From Candidatus Multivorans sp. (lineage in GTDB: Bacteria > Acidobacteriota > Thermoanaerobaculia > Multivoradales > Multivoraceae), in assembly GCA_965247095.1 (NCBI GenBank), contig OZ251997.1:3968001-4032000 (forward strand): a DNA stretch of 64,000 nt. The letters run 5' to 3'. Of the stretch, positions 11,196 through 34,576 are shown piece by piece; position 1 is the stretch's first letter; every line of letters starts with the position of its first letter. The position numbers and the translations under genes were made by a program. The notes under the pieces were generated by a model. That model did no database searches. It had not been told where the DNA came from and saw nothing but the letters and a program-made list of their open reading frames with translations.

Positions 11196-11271
11196 CTTCA
11201 CCGAGCCTGACACGCCGGCGGTCGCGATGTCCAGCTCGGGCCAAGAGAACCGGCTTTATCGCCCGTTCACG
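11196..11271. promoter_or_regulatory. Possible Pho boxes between porin and phoB
   Basis: Two pairs of 11-bp spaced half sites: CTTCACC/CTGACAC (11196, 11207) and CTTTATC/GTTCACG (11254, 11265); degenerate. Confidence 0.3.
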
Positions 11272-11329
11272 AAAGGCTGGCTAGCCTTGGGTCAGGTCCA
11301 ACGTATTGTGGGGGGGTGCCGGACAATCC

Positions 11330-12025
11330 ATGAGCGCCACGAAGGTCGTCGTCATCGAAGACGAGCCCGACATCCTCGAGCTGATCGAGTACAACCTTCG
11401 GCGAGAGGGCTTCGATGTCGCGACGGCGACCAGCGGCCGTACCGGTCTTGCTGTGATCGGGCGCGAGAAGCCGGACATCGTGCTGCTGGACCTGCTGCTG
11501 CCCGGTCTGGACGGTCTCGATGTGTGCCGTCGCCTGCGCTCGGTGGAATCGACCCGCGACCTGCCGGTAATCATGGTCACGGCCCGCGGCGAGGAGAGCG
11601 ATGTCGTCCTCGGTCTCGGCGTCGGCGCCGACGACTACATCCACAAGCCCTTCAGCCCCCGCGAACTGATCGCCCGCGTTCGGGCGGTCCTGCGGCGGGG
11701 CCCGATGCGGGACCGCGATCCGGAACGTCGTGTGACTCGGGGTCCGCTGGAGATCGACCCGGTCAAGCACCGGATCAAGGTCGAGGGTCGGCGGCTGGAG
11801 TTCACGCCCACCGAGTTTCGCCTTCTGCACTTCCTGGCCTCGCATCCCGGCCGTGTGTTCACCCGCGGCCAGCTCCTGGACCGGGCGATCGGGGACCAAG
11901 CGGTGGTCATCGACCGGAACATCAATGTCCACGTCCGGGCGGTGCGCAAGAAACTCGGGCCGCACCGCGACCTGATCGAGACGGTGCGCGGCATCGGCTA
12001 CTGCTTCAGCGAGGAATTTCCATGA
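11330..12025 (+). CDS. phoB: OmpR-family response regulator PhoB
   Basis: IEDE, LLDLLLPG, GADDYIHKPFS, winged helix ETVRGIGY; context phoR-phoU. Confidence 0.85.
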   Translation: MSATKVVVIEDEPDILELIEYNLRREGFDVATATSGRTGLAVIGREKPDIVLLDLLLPGLDGLDVCRRLRSVESTRDLPVIMVTARGEESDVVLGLGVGADDYIHKPFSPRELIARVRAVLRRGPMRDRDPERRVTRGPLEIDPVKHRIKVEGRRLEFTPTEFRLLHFLASHPGRVFTRGQLLDRAIGDQAVVIDRNINVHVRAVRKKLGPHRDLIETVRGIGYCFSEEFP

Positions 12026-13401
12026 TTCGCTCACCTCTCTTCTGGCGCCTCTTGATGGGCGGAGTCGGCCTGCTTGCCGCGGGTATCCTGCTTGGCGTCG
12101 CGGTGGCCTCGGGTCGCCTCGGCCCGGCCGTCTTCTGGACCTTGGCGCTGCTGGCTGGCGCCTGTGTCGCTCTCGGCGCCGGCCGGTTGGCGCAGCGGGC
12201 GCGAGGTCTGCTGACCAAGGCCGCGGCGCTTGGCGCAAGCGTGCCGCGGGCCGAGACCGGCCGCGGTGACGAGTTCGCCCGGCTCGAAGCCCGTCTGGAG
12301 GAAAACGGAGCGCGGTTCGTGGAACAGGTCGAACAGCTCAAGGCGGAGCGCAACCAGTTGACGGCGGTGCTCGGCGGAATGGTCGAGGGGGTGGTGGCGA
12401 TCGACCGCGACCGGCAGGTGCTGCACCTGAACGCGGTGGCCGCGAACTGGTTCAGACGCCCGGCGCCGGAGTTGGCGGTCGGACGTCCGATCTACGAACT
12501 GTCGCGCCAGCCGGAGATCTCGGGCGCCCTGATCGAGGCGATGGAGAAGCGAAAGCAGGTGAGTCGCACGTTCACCCTGGCGCGCTTCGCCAGCCAGGAT
12601 GGCGGCCCGAACAGGTTCGAGCTGAACGCGTCGCCCCTGCTCTCGTCGCGGCGCGACGGCGAACAGGTCGAAGGGGCGGTGGCGGTGATCCACGACATCA
12701 CGGAGCTGGAGCGGTTGGAGAGCATGCGCCGCGACTTTGTGTCGAATGTCTCGCACGAGCTGAAGACGCCCCTGACCGCCATTCACGGCTATGTGGAGAC
12801 CCTGCTGGACGCGGATCCGGTCGACGGCCCGACGCGGGGCCGCTTCCTGCGCAAGATTCGCAAGCAGAGCAACCGTCTGAGCGCCCTGGTTTCCGACTTG
12901 CTCACGCTGTCGCGGATCGAGTCTTCGGCCGAGCCGCCCGAGAAGATCGTCGATCTGCGATCGCCGGTGGGCGAAGTGTTGAGCCTGCTCGGGCCGTCCA
13001 GCGAGGAGAACGGTCTCGAACTGGTCGCCGAATGCCCCCAGACCCCGGTTAGGGTCCTGGGTGAAGAGGAAGCGATCCGGCAGGCGCTGTCCAATCTGGT
13101 CGACAACGCGGTCAAGTACTCGTCGGTGGGCGGCCGGGTGGTGGTGCGCCTGCAGGCGGACAACGGGCGGGCGGTTATCGAGGTCGAAGATCAGGGGCCG
13201 GGCATCGCGTCGGAACACCTGGACCGAATCTTCGAGCGCTTCTACCGTGTCGACCGAGCCCGCTCCAGGGAGCTCGGCGGCACCGGCCTGGGCCTGGCGA
13301 TCGTCAAGAACGTCGCCAGGCGACACGGCGGAGGGGTGGAAGTGGAGAGCGAACGGGGACGGGGCTCGACGTTCCGCTTCTGGTTGCCCATCGCCGGTTG
13401 A
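12022..13401 (+). CDS. phoR: Sensor histidine kinase PhoR
   Basis: Two TM helices, PAS, RRDFVSNVSHELKTPLT, NLVDNAVKY, DQGPGI, FERFYRVD, GTGLGL. Confidence 0.88.
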   Translation: MIRSPLFWRLLMGGVGLLAAGILLGVAVASGRLGPAVFWTLALLAGACVALGAGRLAQRARGLLTKAAALGASVPRAETGRGDEFARLEARLEENGARFVEQVEQLKAERNQLTAVLGGMVEGVVAIDRDRQVLHLNAVAANWFRRPAPELAVGRPIYELSRQPEISGALIEAMEKRKQVSRTFTLARFASQDGGPNRFELNASPLLSSRRDGEQVEGAVAVIHDITELERLESMRRDFVSNVSHELKTPLTAIHGYVETLLDADPVDGPTRGRFLRKIRKQSNRLSALVSDLLTLSRIESSAEPPEKIVDLRSPVGEVLSLLGPSSEENGLELVAECPQTPVRVLGEEEAIRQALSNLVDNAVKYSSVGGRVVVRLQADNGRAVIEVEDQGPGIASEHLDRIFERFYRVDRARSRELGGTGLGLAIVKNVARRHGGGVEVESERGRGSTFRFWLPIAG

Positions 13402-13417
13402 GGCTAGGATTGATGGC

Positions 13418-14074
13418 TTGAGGATTCATCTACAGCGCGATCTCGACCAGGTGACGCGGGCGCTCCTGGAGGTGGCGGCGATGGTCGAGGACATGATCGC
13501 CAAGTCGCTACGAGCGCTCCGGGAGCGGAGCGTCGACCTGGCGCACGAAGTCCAGCGCCAGGACCGCATCATCGACGCCCGCGAGATCGAGGTCGAAGAG
13601 GAGTGCCTCAAGATCCTCGCCCTGCATTCGCCGGTGGCGTCGGACCTGAGGATGGTCGTTACCTACCTGAAGGTGAACAACGATCTCGAACGGGCCGGCG
13701 ATCTGGCCCGCAACCTCGCCGAGCGCGCCGAGAGTCTTGCGGTGGCCGAGCCGGTCGAAGTCCCGGAAGAGATCTGGACCATGGCCGAGCGCATCCCGAA
13801 GATGCTCCGGGCGGCCCTGGACGCCGTCGTGGGGGGCGACACGGAACTCGCCCGTTCGGTGATTGCGGAGGACGAGATCGTCGACCGCAGCCACGAGGCG
13901 ATGTACGGCGTGGTCCAGAGGATGATCGACGAGGATCCCGAGTTGGCGTCGGCCAGCATCCAGTTCTTGTCGATCTCGCGCTATCTCGAGCGGATGGCCG
14001 ATCTGGCGACGAACGTCGCCGAGGATGTCGTCTTCCTGGTCGACGGCGACGTCGTACGCCATCAGGCCTCGTAG
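13418..14074 (+). CDS. phoU: Phosphate signalling protein PhoU
   Basis: PVASDLR, DLERAGD, YLERMADLATNVAE; TTG start inferred. Confidence 0.9.
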   Translation: MRIHLQRDLDQVTRALLEVAAMVEDMIAKSLRALRERSVDLAHEVQRQDRIIDAREIEVEEECLKILALHSPVASDLRMVVTYLKVNNDLERAGDLARNLAERAESLAVAEPVEVPEEIWTMAERIPKMLRAALDAVVGGDTELARSVIAEDEIVDRSHEAMYGVVQRMIDEDPELASASIQFLSISRYLERMADLATNVAEDVVFLVDGDVVRHQAS

Positions 14075-14137
14075 GCCCGTCCGCCTCTGCTCCGCAAAGG
14101 ACGGCACGCCCCATCCAGATGGATGTTGCAAGGGGGG

Positions 14138-14166
14138 TTTACGGCTGCCGAAGAAGCGGCTAGACT
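14138..14166 (+). promoter_or_regulatory. Probable promoter of tRNA-Thr/tuf operon
   Basis: TTTACG-17 nt-TAGACT followed by GC-rich discriminator CCGCCCC. Confidence 0.5.
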
Positions 14167-14310
14167 CCGCCCCTTCCCCGCGATGCACCGCGGAGCTTGG
14201 CTCCGGGGGGCGGGTCCCATTGCGTGTTGAGGGTCGCCTTGGGGGAGGGGAGAAAAGGGTGTCCCGGAACACGGTTCAGAGACTTCAAGATGGGGAATCC
14301 TGAGACGGCT

Positions 14311-14385
14311 GCCCACGTGGCTCAGGGGTAGAGCACTTCCTTGGTAAGGAAGGGGTCACCGGTTCAAATCCGGTCGTGGGCTCCA
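14311..14385 (+). tRNA. tRNA-Thr(GGT)
   Basis: Acceptor GCCCACG/CGTGGGC, anticodon arm CTTCC-TTGGTAA-GGAAG, GGTTCAAATCC, CCA end. Confidence 0.97.
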
Positions 14386-14451
14386 GACGGACATCAAAGC
14401 AGCAAGCACACGGATAGTTGAGCCGCTAGAGCGGGAGAGGCAACGAGCGTC

Positions 14452-15645
<1,194 letters not shown>

Positions 15646-15677
15646 GGGGTTGGACTCACGACTGGACTTGAGGACTC

Positions 15678-15753
15678 AGGCCAGTAGCTCAATTGGTAGA
15701 GCATCGGTCTCCAAAACCGAAGGTTGGGGGTTCGAGACCCTCCTGGCCTGCCA
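15678..15753 (+). tRNA. tRNA-Trp(CCA)
   Basis: AGGCCAG/CTGGCCT acceptor, TCGGT-CTCCAAA-ACCGA anticodon arm, GGTTCGAG, CCA end. Confidence 0.97.
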
Positions 15754-15885
15754 GACGGTCTTCGGGCGATTTCGGGGACGCGTTGCGGGAGGCGGAACGG
15801 CAGGACGGGGGTGGACGGGATTGAGACGGGTTTCACGGAGATCGGGCGAGTTTCACGGAGACCGGAAGGGGTTAGGAGGATAGAG

Positions 15886-16089
15886 ATGGCGGCAGTCGGC
15901 AGGCTCGGCGTGTTCCTGGGAGAGGTGCGCACCGAGATGAAGAAGGTCACCTTTCCCTCGCGGGAGGAGGTGGTGGGCACCACCGGCGTCGTGCTGATCA
16001 CGAGTGTCATCTTCGCCATCTTCCTGTGGGTCGCCGATCTCATCATCACGCGTCTCTACCAGGGCCTCGTCGACCTGTTCCTGCCGTGA
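15886..16089 (+). CDS. secE: Preprotein translocase SecE
   Basis: EMKKVTFPSREE plus single TM; AGGAGG SD; upstream of nusG. Confidence 0.93.
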   Translation: MAAVGRLGVFLGEVRTEMKKVTFPSREEVVGTTGVVLITSVIFAIFLWVADLIITRLYQGLVDLFLP

Positions 16090-16123
16090 GATCCGTGGCG
16101 CGAGCGACGACAGGGAGTACCCG

Positions 16124-16756
16124 ATGAGCGAAGTTGAAACGGCAGCCGTGGGCAGCGTCGAGGCCGCAGCCGACGGCGGCGAGGAAGCCTCCGCTCCGCA
16201 GCGGCAGTGGTACATCGTCCATACGTACTCGGGCTACGAGGAGCGTGTCCGGGAGACCCTGCGGCAGCGCGCCGAGGCGCACGGTCTGGGCCATGTGTTC
16301 GGCGAGGTGCGCATCCCGACCGAGACGATCGTCGAACTCAAGGGCGGCAAGAAACGGGAAACGCAGCGCAAGTTCTTCCCCGGCTACATCCTGATTGAGA
16401 TCGAGTGCGAGCAGCGCGGCGACGGACGGCTCAAGATCTCGGATGAGGCGTGGCACGTGGTCAAGGACACGCCGAAGGTGACCGGCTTCGTCGGTACCGG
16501 CAAGGAGCCGACGCCGCTCGCCCAGGACGAAATCGACGCGATCATCGAGAAGGTCGTTACCGCGAAGGAGAAGCCGAAGCCGAAGTACCTGTTCGAGAAG
16601 GGCGAGCTGGTCAAGATCGTGGACGGTCCCTTCAACAACTTCACCGGCACCGTGGAAGAGATCAACCTGGACCGGAGCACGTTGAAGGTGATGGTCACGA
16701 TCTTCGGCCGTCAGACGCCGGTGGAACTCGAGTTCCTCCAGGTCCAGAAGACCTGA
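16124..16756 (+). CDS. nusG: Transcription factor NusG
   Basis: WYIVHTYSGYE, FFPGYI, TPKVTGFVG, KOW GPFNNFTG, IFGRQTPVEL. Confidence 0.97.
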   Translation: MSEVETAAVGSVEAAADGGEEASAPQRQWYIVHTYSGYEERVRETLRQRAEAHGLGHVFGEVRIPTETIVELKGGKKRETQRKFFPGYILIEIECEQRGDGRLKISDEAWHVVKDTPKVTGFVGTGKEPTPLAQDEIDAIIEKVVTAKEKPKPKYLFEKGELVKIVDGPFNNFTGTVEEINLDRSTLKVMVTIFGRQTPVELEFLQVQKT

Positions 16757-16817
16757 GGGCGCTTCGCGGAGCGGATGAAGGCCGAGTTCGGTTTGGTTGA
16801 AATCAGGTAAGGGAACC

Positions 16818-17258
16818 ATGGCGAAAAGAACGGCAGGCAAGAGAGTAACCGGGCAGATCAAGCTTCAAATCCCGGCCGGCGCGGCGACGCCCGCGCCGCC
16901 GGTCGGCCCTGCACTGGGCCAAGCAGGCCTCAACATCATGGACTTCTGCAAGGCGTTCAACGCCAGAACCCAGGGTGACGGGGGGCTGATCATCCCGGTC
17001 GTGATCACGGTGTACGCCGATCGCACATACTCGTTCATCACCAAGACGCCGCCGGCCGCGGTGCTGCTGCTCAAGGCGGCTTCGCTGGACAAGGGGTCCG
17101 CCGAGCCCAACCGGGACAAGGTCGGCACGGTGACCCGCGCCCAACTCGAGGAGATCGCGCGCACGAAGATGCCGGACCTGAACGCGGTCGACCTCGATGG
17201 CGCGTGCAGGATCATCGCCGGCACTGCCCGATCGATGGGGCTGGAGATCGACGCCTGA
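16818..17258 (+). CDS. rplK: 50S ribosomal protein L11
   Basis: [26 protein letters not shown]. Confidence 0.98.
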   Translation: MAKRTAGKRVTGQIKLQIPAGAATPAPPVGPALGQAGLNIMDFCKAFNARTQGDGGLIIPVVITVYADRTYSFITKTPPAAVLLLKAASLDKGSAEPNRDKVGTVTRAQLEEIARTKMPDLNAVDLDGACRIIAGTARSMGLEIDA

Positions 17259-17301
17259 TCGGCGTCGAATCGTAAAGGAAGACAGGGCAAGGAGAACGCG
17301 C

Positions 17302-18006
17302 GTGGGCAAGGCAGGCAGGAAGTACAGGGAGGCGAAGACGGCCGTTGAAGACCGTCCGCACGGGCTCGACGAGGCCCTGGAGCAGGTCAAGAACGGCAGC
17401 TTCGCCAAGTTCGACGAGACGGTGGAGATCGCGATTCGCCTGGGAGTGAACCCCAGGCACGCGGATCAGATGGTGCGCGGCACCGTCGTGCTGCCGCACG
17501 GCACCGGGCGAACCGTCCGGGTGCTGGTATTCGCCTCCGGCGAAAAGCTCCAGGAGGCCGAGGCCGCCGGCGCCGACGAGGTCGGTGGCGAGGAACTGGC
17601 GGCGCGGATTCAGGGCGGCTGGCTTGACTTCGACTCCGTGGTTGCGACGCCGGACATGATGCGGGTCGTGGGCCGGCTGGGTCGCGTCCTGGGCCCCCGC
17701 GGTCTGATGCCCAACCCGAAGACCGGGACCGTCACCGTCAACGTGGCGAAAGCGATCGAGGACATCAAGGCGGGCAAGGTCAACTTCCGGGTCGACAAGG
17801 CCGGAGTCGTCCATGCGCCCCTGGGGAAGGTCTCGTTCGACAAGGAACGACTGAAGGAGAACGCCGCGGCCCTGCTGGCCGAGGTGATGCGGGCGCGGCC
17901 GAGCGCGACCAAGGGCACGTACGTCCGCTCGGTCAACCTGAGTTCAACGATGGGCCCGGCCGTTCGGGTCGACGCGGCCGAAGCCGCTGCAGTGGAAGCG
18001 TCGTAG
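17302..18006 (+). CDS. rplA: 50S ribosomal protein L1
   Basis: [32 protein letters not shown]. Confidence 0.98.
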   Translation: MGKAGRKYREAKTAVEDRPHGLDEALEQVKNGSFAKFDETVEIAIRLGVNPRHADQMVRGTVVLPHGTGRTVRVLVFASGEKLQEAEAAGADEVGGEELAARIQGGWLDFDSVVATPDMMRVVGRLGRVLGPRGLMPNPKTGTVTVNVAKAIEDIKAGKVNFRVDKAGVVHAPLGKVSFDKERLKENAAALLAEVMRARPSATKGTYVRSVNLSSTMGPAVRVDAAEAAAVEAS

Positions 18007-18040
18007 GCGACTGAGACGGTCTCAGGAGGAGTCGAGAGAA

Positions 18041-18568
18041 ATGGCACTGACACGGGAGACGAAGGCCGAGTTGCTGGCCAGCTACCAGAGCGACATGGCC
18101 GGTGTACCGCATGCGTTCCTGGTTGGATTCTCCGGCATCACGGTGGGGCAGGTCGACGACCTGCGGCGCCGGGTGCGAACAGCCGGCGGCAGCTACTCGG
18201 TGGTCAAGAACCGGATCGCCAAGCTCGCTTTCGAGGACAGCAGCCTTGGGGCTCTCTCGGAGCATCTGGCAGGGCCGACGGCGATCGCGTACAGCGAGGA
18301 CGATCCGGTCGGGTTGGCCAAGACGCTGACGGAGTTCGCGAAGGACGTACCGGTGATCGAATTCAAGGCCGGCATGGTGGACGGCCAAAAGGTGTCGGCC
18401 GACGCGATTCAGGAGATCGCCAGTCTGCCGAGCCGGGAGGCTCTGGTGGCGAAGCTCCTGTTCCTGCTCCAGTCGCCGATTGCGCGGTTGGTGCGGGGTT
18501 TGGGCGACGTGACGCCGCAGTTCCTCCGCACCCTGAACGAGATTGCAAGTCAGAAGGAAAAGGGCTGA
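18041..18568 (+). CDS. rplJ: 50S ribosomal protein L10
   Basis: [24 protein letters not shown]; position. Confidence 0.95.
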   Translation: MALTRETKAELLASYQSDMAGVPHAFLVGFSGITVGQVDDLRRRVRTAGGSYSVVKNRIAKLAFEDSSLGALSEHLAGPTAIAYSEDDPVGLAKTLTEFAKDVPVIEFKAGMVDGQKVSADAIQEIASLPSREALVAKLLFLLQSPIARLVRGLGDVTPQFLRTLNEIASQKEKG

Positions 18569-18643
18569 CAGCGGCCCTCGCTATCGATGTTTGGAACCGC
18601 GGCGCCGGACCGGCGCCGCTGAATAGGAAGGGGATCCAAGGAA

Positions 18644-19021
18644 ATGGCAGTAGCAGCAGCGGAACTGATCAAGCAGATCGACGAGATGACCGTCCTCGAT
18701 CTGAACACGCTGGTCAAGGAGCTCGAAGAGCACTACGGTGTGTCGGCGGCGGCGGCGGTTACGGTGGCCGCGGCCGCGGGCGGCGGCGAGGCCGAAGAGG
18801 TCGAAGAACAGATCGAGTTCGATGTGCAGTTGACCTCGTTCGGCGACAAGAAGATCGCCGTCATCAAGGTCGTGCGCGAAGTGACCAGCCTCGGATTGAA
18901 GGAGGCCAAGGACCTGGTCGAGTCGGCGCCGGTCGCCGTCAAGGAAGGTGTCTCGAAGGAAGAGGCCGACGAGGTCAAGTCGAAAATCGAGGAGGCCGGC
19001 GGCCAGGCCGAGGTCAAATAG
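18644..19021 (+). CDS. rplL: 50S ribosomal protein L7/L12
   Basis: [24 protein letters not shown]. Confidence 0.98.
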   Translation: MAVAAAELIKQIDEMTVLDLNTLVKELEEHYGVSAAAAVTVAAAAGGGEAEEVEEQIEFDVQLTSFGDKKIAVIKVVREVTSLGLKEAKDLVESAPVAVKEGVSKEEADEVKSKIEEAGGQAEVK

Positions 19022-19265
19022 CCATTCCGGCTGGCGATCTTCTCCCGGTCGGCGTAGAATCACGTTGGCCAACCTCGACCCGGCAGTCGGCGCCGGGGTG
19101 GCATTCGTGTGGTTGCCCCGTCGCTCCAGCGCTCTTCCGTTCTCTGTCCGCCCGCCGAAGCGCGGCGGACCAATTCCGGGCGAACAACTGTTCTCATCGC
19201 CCCGGCTACAGCACCTGCCTTGCTCCCGCCTCGCGCAGAGAACCTGAAGTAGGAGACATCGAAGC

Positions 19266-23537
<4,272 letters not shown>

Positions 23538-23550
23538 GGGAGGTCGCCTG

Positions 23551-27736
<4,186 letters not shown>

Positions 27737-27741
<5 letters not shown>

Positions 27742-27809
27742 CGGGCCTGGTCCGCTAGTCGCCGTCCGGCCACTAGCGGGCCTGGTCCGCTAGTCGCCGT
27801 CCGGCCACT
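27737..27809 (+). repeat. Exact 35-bp tandem duplication spanning rpoC stop, each unit with a hairpin
   Basis: ACTAGCGGGCCTGGTCCGCTAGTCGCCGTCCGGCC twice; CTAGCGG/CCGCTAG inverted repeat in each. Confidence 0.92.
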
Positions 27810-27927
27810 GAGGCGCCCACTCCGAGGCTCCCCCGGTTGCCCCGGCTCTCAGGTTTCTGCTAACGTTCGCGCCCTTGTGCGGCTCGCGCGGAGCGGGCCC
27901 AAGAGACAGTCCACCACCACATCTGCG

Positions 27928-28004
27928 AGCCAGGCCTTGAACCGGGAATCAACCCGGTGCTGCGCGCAGCGCCAAACGCTGCGCGCGGTCAGTTAGGTCT
28001 GGTT
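27928..28004 (+). promoter_or_regulatory. Candidate structured 5' leader of the str operon
   Basis: Three-way junction: AGCCAGGCCT/AGGTCTGGTT enclosing ACCGGG/CCCGGT and GCTGCGCGCAGCG/CGCTGCGCGCGGT; TTGCCC-18-TAACGT upstream (27837-27866). Confidence 0.5.
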
Positions 28005-28126
28005 GCTCCGGCTTCGTCGGCCGGTCCTTGCGCCTCTAATGATCGCTCCGTTCAGAGGCGCGAGTTGCGCCGAAACGGCGGCTTTCCGGCAACGAAGTAG
28101 AAGAGTTCGTTCGAGCAGGAGTATCA

Positions 28127-28501
28127 ATGCCCACCATCCGCCAACTGGTCCGCAAGGGCCGCCAGCGCCAGGTCGTCAAGACCAAGAGTCCGGCGCTCCA
28201 GGGTTCGCCGCAGAGGCGCGGCGTGTGTGTGCGCGTCTACACGCAGACGCCGAAGAAGCCGAATTCGGCATTGCGCAAGGTGGCTCGGGTCCGGCTGACC
28301 AACGGCATTGAGGTCACGACCTACATTCCCGGGATCGGGCACAACCTCCAGGAGCACTCGATCGTGCTCATCCGCGGAGGCCGGGTGAAGGACCTGCCCG
28401 GCGTCCGTTACCACGTGATTCGCGGCACTCTGGATGCCGTCGGCGTCGACGAACGCCGCCGGGGGCGCTCCAAGTACGGCGCCAAGCGTCCCAAGAACTA
28501 A
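28127..28501 (+). CDS. rpsL: 30S ribosomal protein S12
   Basis: [21 protein letters not shown]. Confidence 0.99.
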   Translation: MPTIRQLVRKGRQRQVVKTKSPALQGSPQRRGVCVRVYTQTPKKPNSALRKVARVRLTNGIEVTTYIPGIGHNLQEHSIVLIRGGRVKDLPGVRYHVIRGTLDAVGVDERRRGRSKYGAKRPKN

Positions 28502-28519
28502 GTCGGAGGAACTTGGAAG

Positions 28520-28993
28520 ATGCCTCGACGCCGCGAAGTCCCGAAGCGCCAGATCCTGCCCGACCCGCTGTATCAATCGCAGTTGGTCAGCAAGTTCATC
28601 AACGTCCTCATGAAGGACGGCAAGAAGTCCGTCGCCGAACGCATCCTCTACGACGCTTTGAACACGATCAAGGAGCGCACCGGCGAGGAGGATCCGGTGC
28701 CCGTCTTCCAGAAGGCGATCGATAACGTGAAGCCGGCGGTGGAGGTCAAGTCGAGGCGCGTCGGCGGCTCGACCTATCAGGTTCCGATCGAGGTGCGGCC
28801 CTCGCGCAAGCTGGCCCTGGCCATGCGATGGCTGATTCAGGCGGGGAAGGGCCGCAATGAAAAGACGATGAGACTGCGGTTGGCCGGCGAGTTGCTCGAC
28901 GCGGCCGAGAATCGTGGAATGGCGATCAAGAGGAAAGAGGACACCCACCGGATGGCAGAAGCGAACAGGGCCTTTTCCCACTACCGCTGGTAG
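28520..28993 (+). CDS. rpsG: 30S ribosomal protein S7
   Basis: [27 protein letters not shown]. Confidence 0.99.
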   Translation: MPRRREVPKRQILPDPLYQSQLVSKFINVLMKDGKKSVAERILYDALNTIKERTGEEDPVPVFQKAIDNVKPAVEVKSRRVGGSTYQVPIEVRPSRKLALAMRWLIQAGKGRNEKTMRLRLAGELLDAAENRGMAIKRKEDTHRMAEANRAFSHYRW

Positions 28994-29211
28994 CGAACGC
29001 CCTTAGGGGCCGCTTCGGCGGCGCCCACGTCGTTCCCCAGCCACCGGTTGTCCAGGCCCGTCCCGGCGTCGCCGCTGCCCCCGCGGAGCGGCGGCTCTCC
29101 CCTCTTGTTGGAACCACACGCGAAACCCGCCTGCTTAGAACTGCATTGAGACGACTGATTGCCTCGACCGCTCCTCTGAAGAACCCGACCCAGATCACCA
29201 TGTCCAGCGCC

Positions 29212-31284
<2,073 letters not shown>

Positions 31285-31387
31285 GTCCCTGACGGGCTCA
31301 GACGACCACCGTTTCAGCGGCAACCCTTTCAGAATCCGTTCCAGACAAGACAATCAAGCATCACACCGAGCTAGCAGGAGCACCGCA

Positions 31388-32581
<1,194 letters not shown>

Positions 32582-32624
32582 GCGGTTCAAGGTCGGTATT
32601 CGAGGAAGGTTGGAATTCGAGAGA

Positions 32625-32942
32625 ATGGTGAACGAGAAGATCCGTATCCGGCTCAAGGCCTTCGACTACCGCATACTCGATACGTCGACGCATGAGATCG
32701 TCGACACCGCGCGGCGTAGCGGCGCGCGCGTGGTCGGGCCGATTCCGTTGCCGACGCACATTGCCCGCTACACGGTGAATCGCTCTCCGCATGTGGACAA
32801 GAAGTCGCGGGAGCAGTTCGAGATCCGCACCCACAAGCGGTTGCTGGACATCTTCGAACCGACCAGCCAGACCGTCGACGCGCTGATGAAGCTCGAGCTT
32901 CCGGCGGGCGTCGACGTCGAGATCAAGGCTTTTGGCAGTTGA
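32625..32942 (+). CDS. rpsJ: 30S ribosomal protein S10
   Basis: [30 protein letters not shown]. Confidence 0.99.
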   Translation: MVNEKIRIRLKAFDYRILDTSTHEIVDTARRSGARVVGPIPLPTHIARYTVNRSPHVDKKSREQFEIRTHKRLLDIFEPTSQTVDALMKLELPAGVDVEIKAFGS

Positions 32943-32982
32943 ACCGGCAGTTGAGCAGGCGAAGCGACGGGGGATTAGGACG

Positions 32983-33627
32983 GTGAGCGAAAGCAAGGGT
33001 CGTGCTAGGGGGTTACTCGGGCGCAAGATCGGCATGACGCAGATCTACGCCGAGGACGGCGCCGCGGTGCCGGTCACCGTCCTGGAGGTTGGCCCGTGCC
33101 GGGTCGTGCAACGAAAGACAGCGGAGTCCGACGGCTACGAGGCGGTGCAGATCGGCCTGGTCGAGAAGCGGCCGCCGAGGCGGGTCACCGAGGCGCGCCG
33201 GGGCCACTTCAAGAAGGCCGGGGTCGACGCGATGCGTCACTTGGTCGAGGTGCGGGTGGACGCGACGAACGAGTCGCAGCCTGGCGATGAGATCGGGATC
33301 TCGATCTTCGAGGTCGGCTCTCGTGTCGATGTGATCGGCAACGGCAAGGGGAAGGGATTCCAGGGTGTCATGCGCCGCCACGGTTTCAAGGGCGGCCGGG
33401 CCACTCACGGCTCGATGTTCCATCGCGCTCCGGGTTCGGTCGGGCAGTCGGCGAGTCCCTCGCGTGTCTTCCCGGGAATGAGGTTCCCGGGCCGGATGGG
33501 CGGCAAACGGGTGACGACGAAGAAGCTGAAGGTGGTCAAGGTGGATGTTGAAAACCGCCTTCTGTATCTGCGTGGCGCAGTTCCCGGCGGCCGCAACGGT
33601 CTGGTCATGGTTCGGAGTTCGGTCTGA
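32983..33627 (+). CDS. rplC: 50S ribosomal protein L3
   Basis: GRKIGMTQ, KGKGFQGVMRRH, HRAPGS. Confidence 0.98.
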   Translation: MSESKGRARGLLGRKIGMTQIYAEDGAAVPVTVLEVGPCRVVQRKTAESDGYEAVQIGLVEKRPPRRVTEARRGHFKKAGVDAMRHLVEVRVDATNESQPGDEIGISIFEVGSRVDVIGNGKGKGFQGVMRRHGFKGGRATHGSMFHRAPGSVGQSASPSRVFPGMRFPGRMGGKRVTTKKLKVVKVDVENRLLYLRGAVPGGRNGLVMVRSSV

Positions 33628-34277
33628 TGCCAAAGGTCGCGATCAGGAGCCTCGACAACGAGGCGGTCGGCAGCCTTGAGCTGCCGGAAGAGGTGTTCAC
33701 CTACCCGTACAACGAGCATTTGATCCACCTGGCGGTGGTTTCGGTCCGGGCCGCGCAGCGGGCGGGTACGCACCAGGTCAAGGGCAGGCACGAAGTGCGG
33801 GGCTCCGGCGTCAAGCCGCACCGGCAGAAGGGCACGGGTCGAGCCCGCGCCGGCAGCATTCGCTCTCCGCTGCGACGCGGTGGCGGCGTCGTGCACGGAC
33901 CGCGTTCGCGCAGCCACCGCAACAAGCTGTCGCGGAACGAGAAGCGCAACGCGCTCAAGTCGGCACTCTCGCGCAAGCTGGCCGAGGAGCGGATCATGGT
34001 GGTGGACTCGCTTGATCTCGACAGCCACAAGACGGGCGCCTTCGCCGCGCGTCTGCGGGGCCTGGGGATCGAAGAGAAGATTCTGATCGTCGACGACCAC
34101 GGCAACCGGAACCTGATCCTGGCGTCCCGCAACCACCCGCAGATCAAGACTGTCGACGCCTTGGCTGTGAACGTCTACGACGTCGTCGATCGTGGCTACC
34201 TGCTGTTCAGCGAGACCGCGATCGGCCGCTTGTCCGCCGTGCTGCAGAAGCGGCGGAAGAACGGGAGTGGGTCATGA
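33627..34277 (+). CDS. rplD: 50S ribosomal protein L4
   Basis: RQKGTGRARAGSIRSP. Confidence 0.98.
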   Translation: MPKVAIRSLDNEAVGSLELPEEVFTYPYNEHLIHLAVVSVRAAQRAGTHQVKGRHEVRGSGVKPHRQKGTGRARAGSIRSPLRRGGGVVHGPRSRSHRNKLSRNEKRNALKSALSRKLAEERIMVVDSLDLDSHKTGAFAARLRGLGIEEKILIVDDHGNRNLILASRNHPQIKTVDALAVNVYDVVDRGYLLFSETAIGRLSAVLQKRRKNGSGS

Positions 34278-34561
34278 GAGTGCAGGAAATCCTGCGTCGG
34301 CCGCTGATCACGGAGAAGTCGACCGGACTCCGTGACGATCGGAACATCGTCGCCTTCGTCGTCGATTCCCGGGCCAACAAGATCGAGGTCCGGCGCGCGG
34401 TGGAGACCCAGTTCCAGGGTGTCAAGGTGGCGGAGGTCCGGATCGTGAACATGCACGGCAAGGTCCGCCGCCAGGGCCGCTTCGTCGGCCGGCGCCCCGA
34501 TTGGAAGAAAGCATACGTACGGCTGGCCGAGGGCCAGATCGATCTCTTCGACAACGTGTAG
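34274..34561 (+). CDS. rplW: 50S ribosomal protein L23
   Basis: PLITEKS, ANKIEV, WKKAYV. Confidence 0.98.
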   Translation: MRVQEILRRPLITEKSTGLRDDRNIVAFVVDSRANKIEVRRAVETQFQGVKVAEVRIVNMHGKVRRQGRFVGRRPDWKKAYVRLAEGQIDLFDNV

Positions 34562-34576
34562 CGAGAGCCAAAAAGA

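Noticed and set aside
14167-14310. tRNA-Tyr/tRNA-Gly expected before tRNA-Thr-tuf
   Set aside because: No cloverleaf or T-loop consensus visible; only tRNA-Thr(GGT) is supported
15830-15861. 12-bp direct repeat GTTTCACGGAGA before secE (also GTGTACTGAGA around the rpsH stop and CCATGTCCAG at the fusA start)
   Set aside because: Too short to assign function; compatible with local slippage
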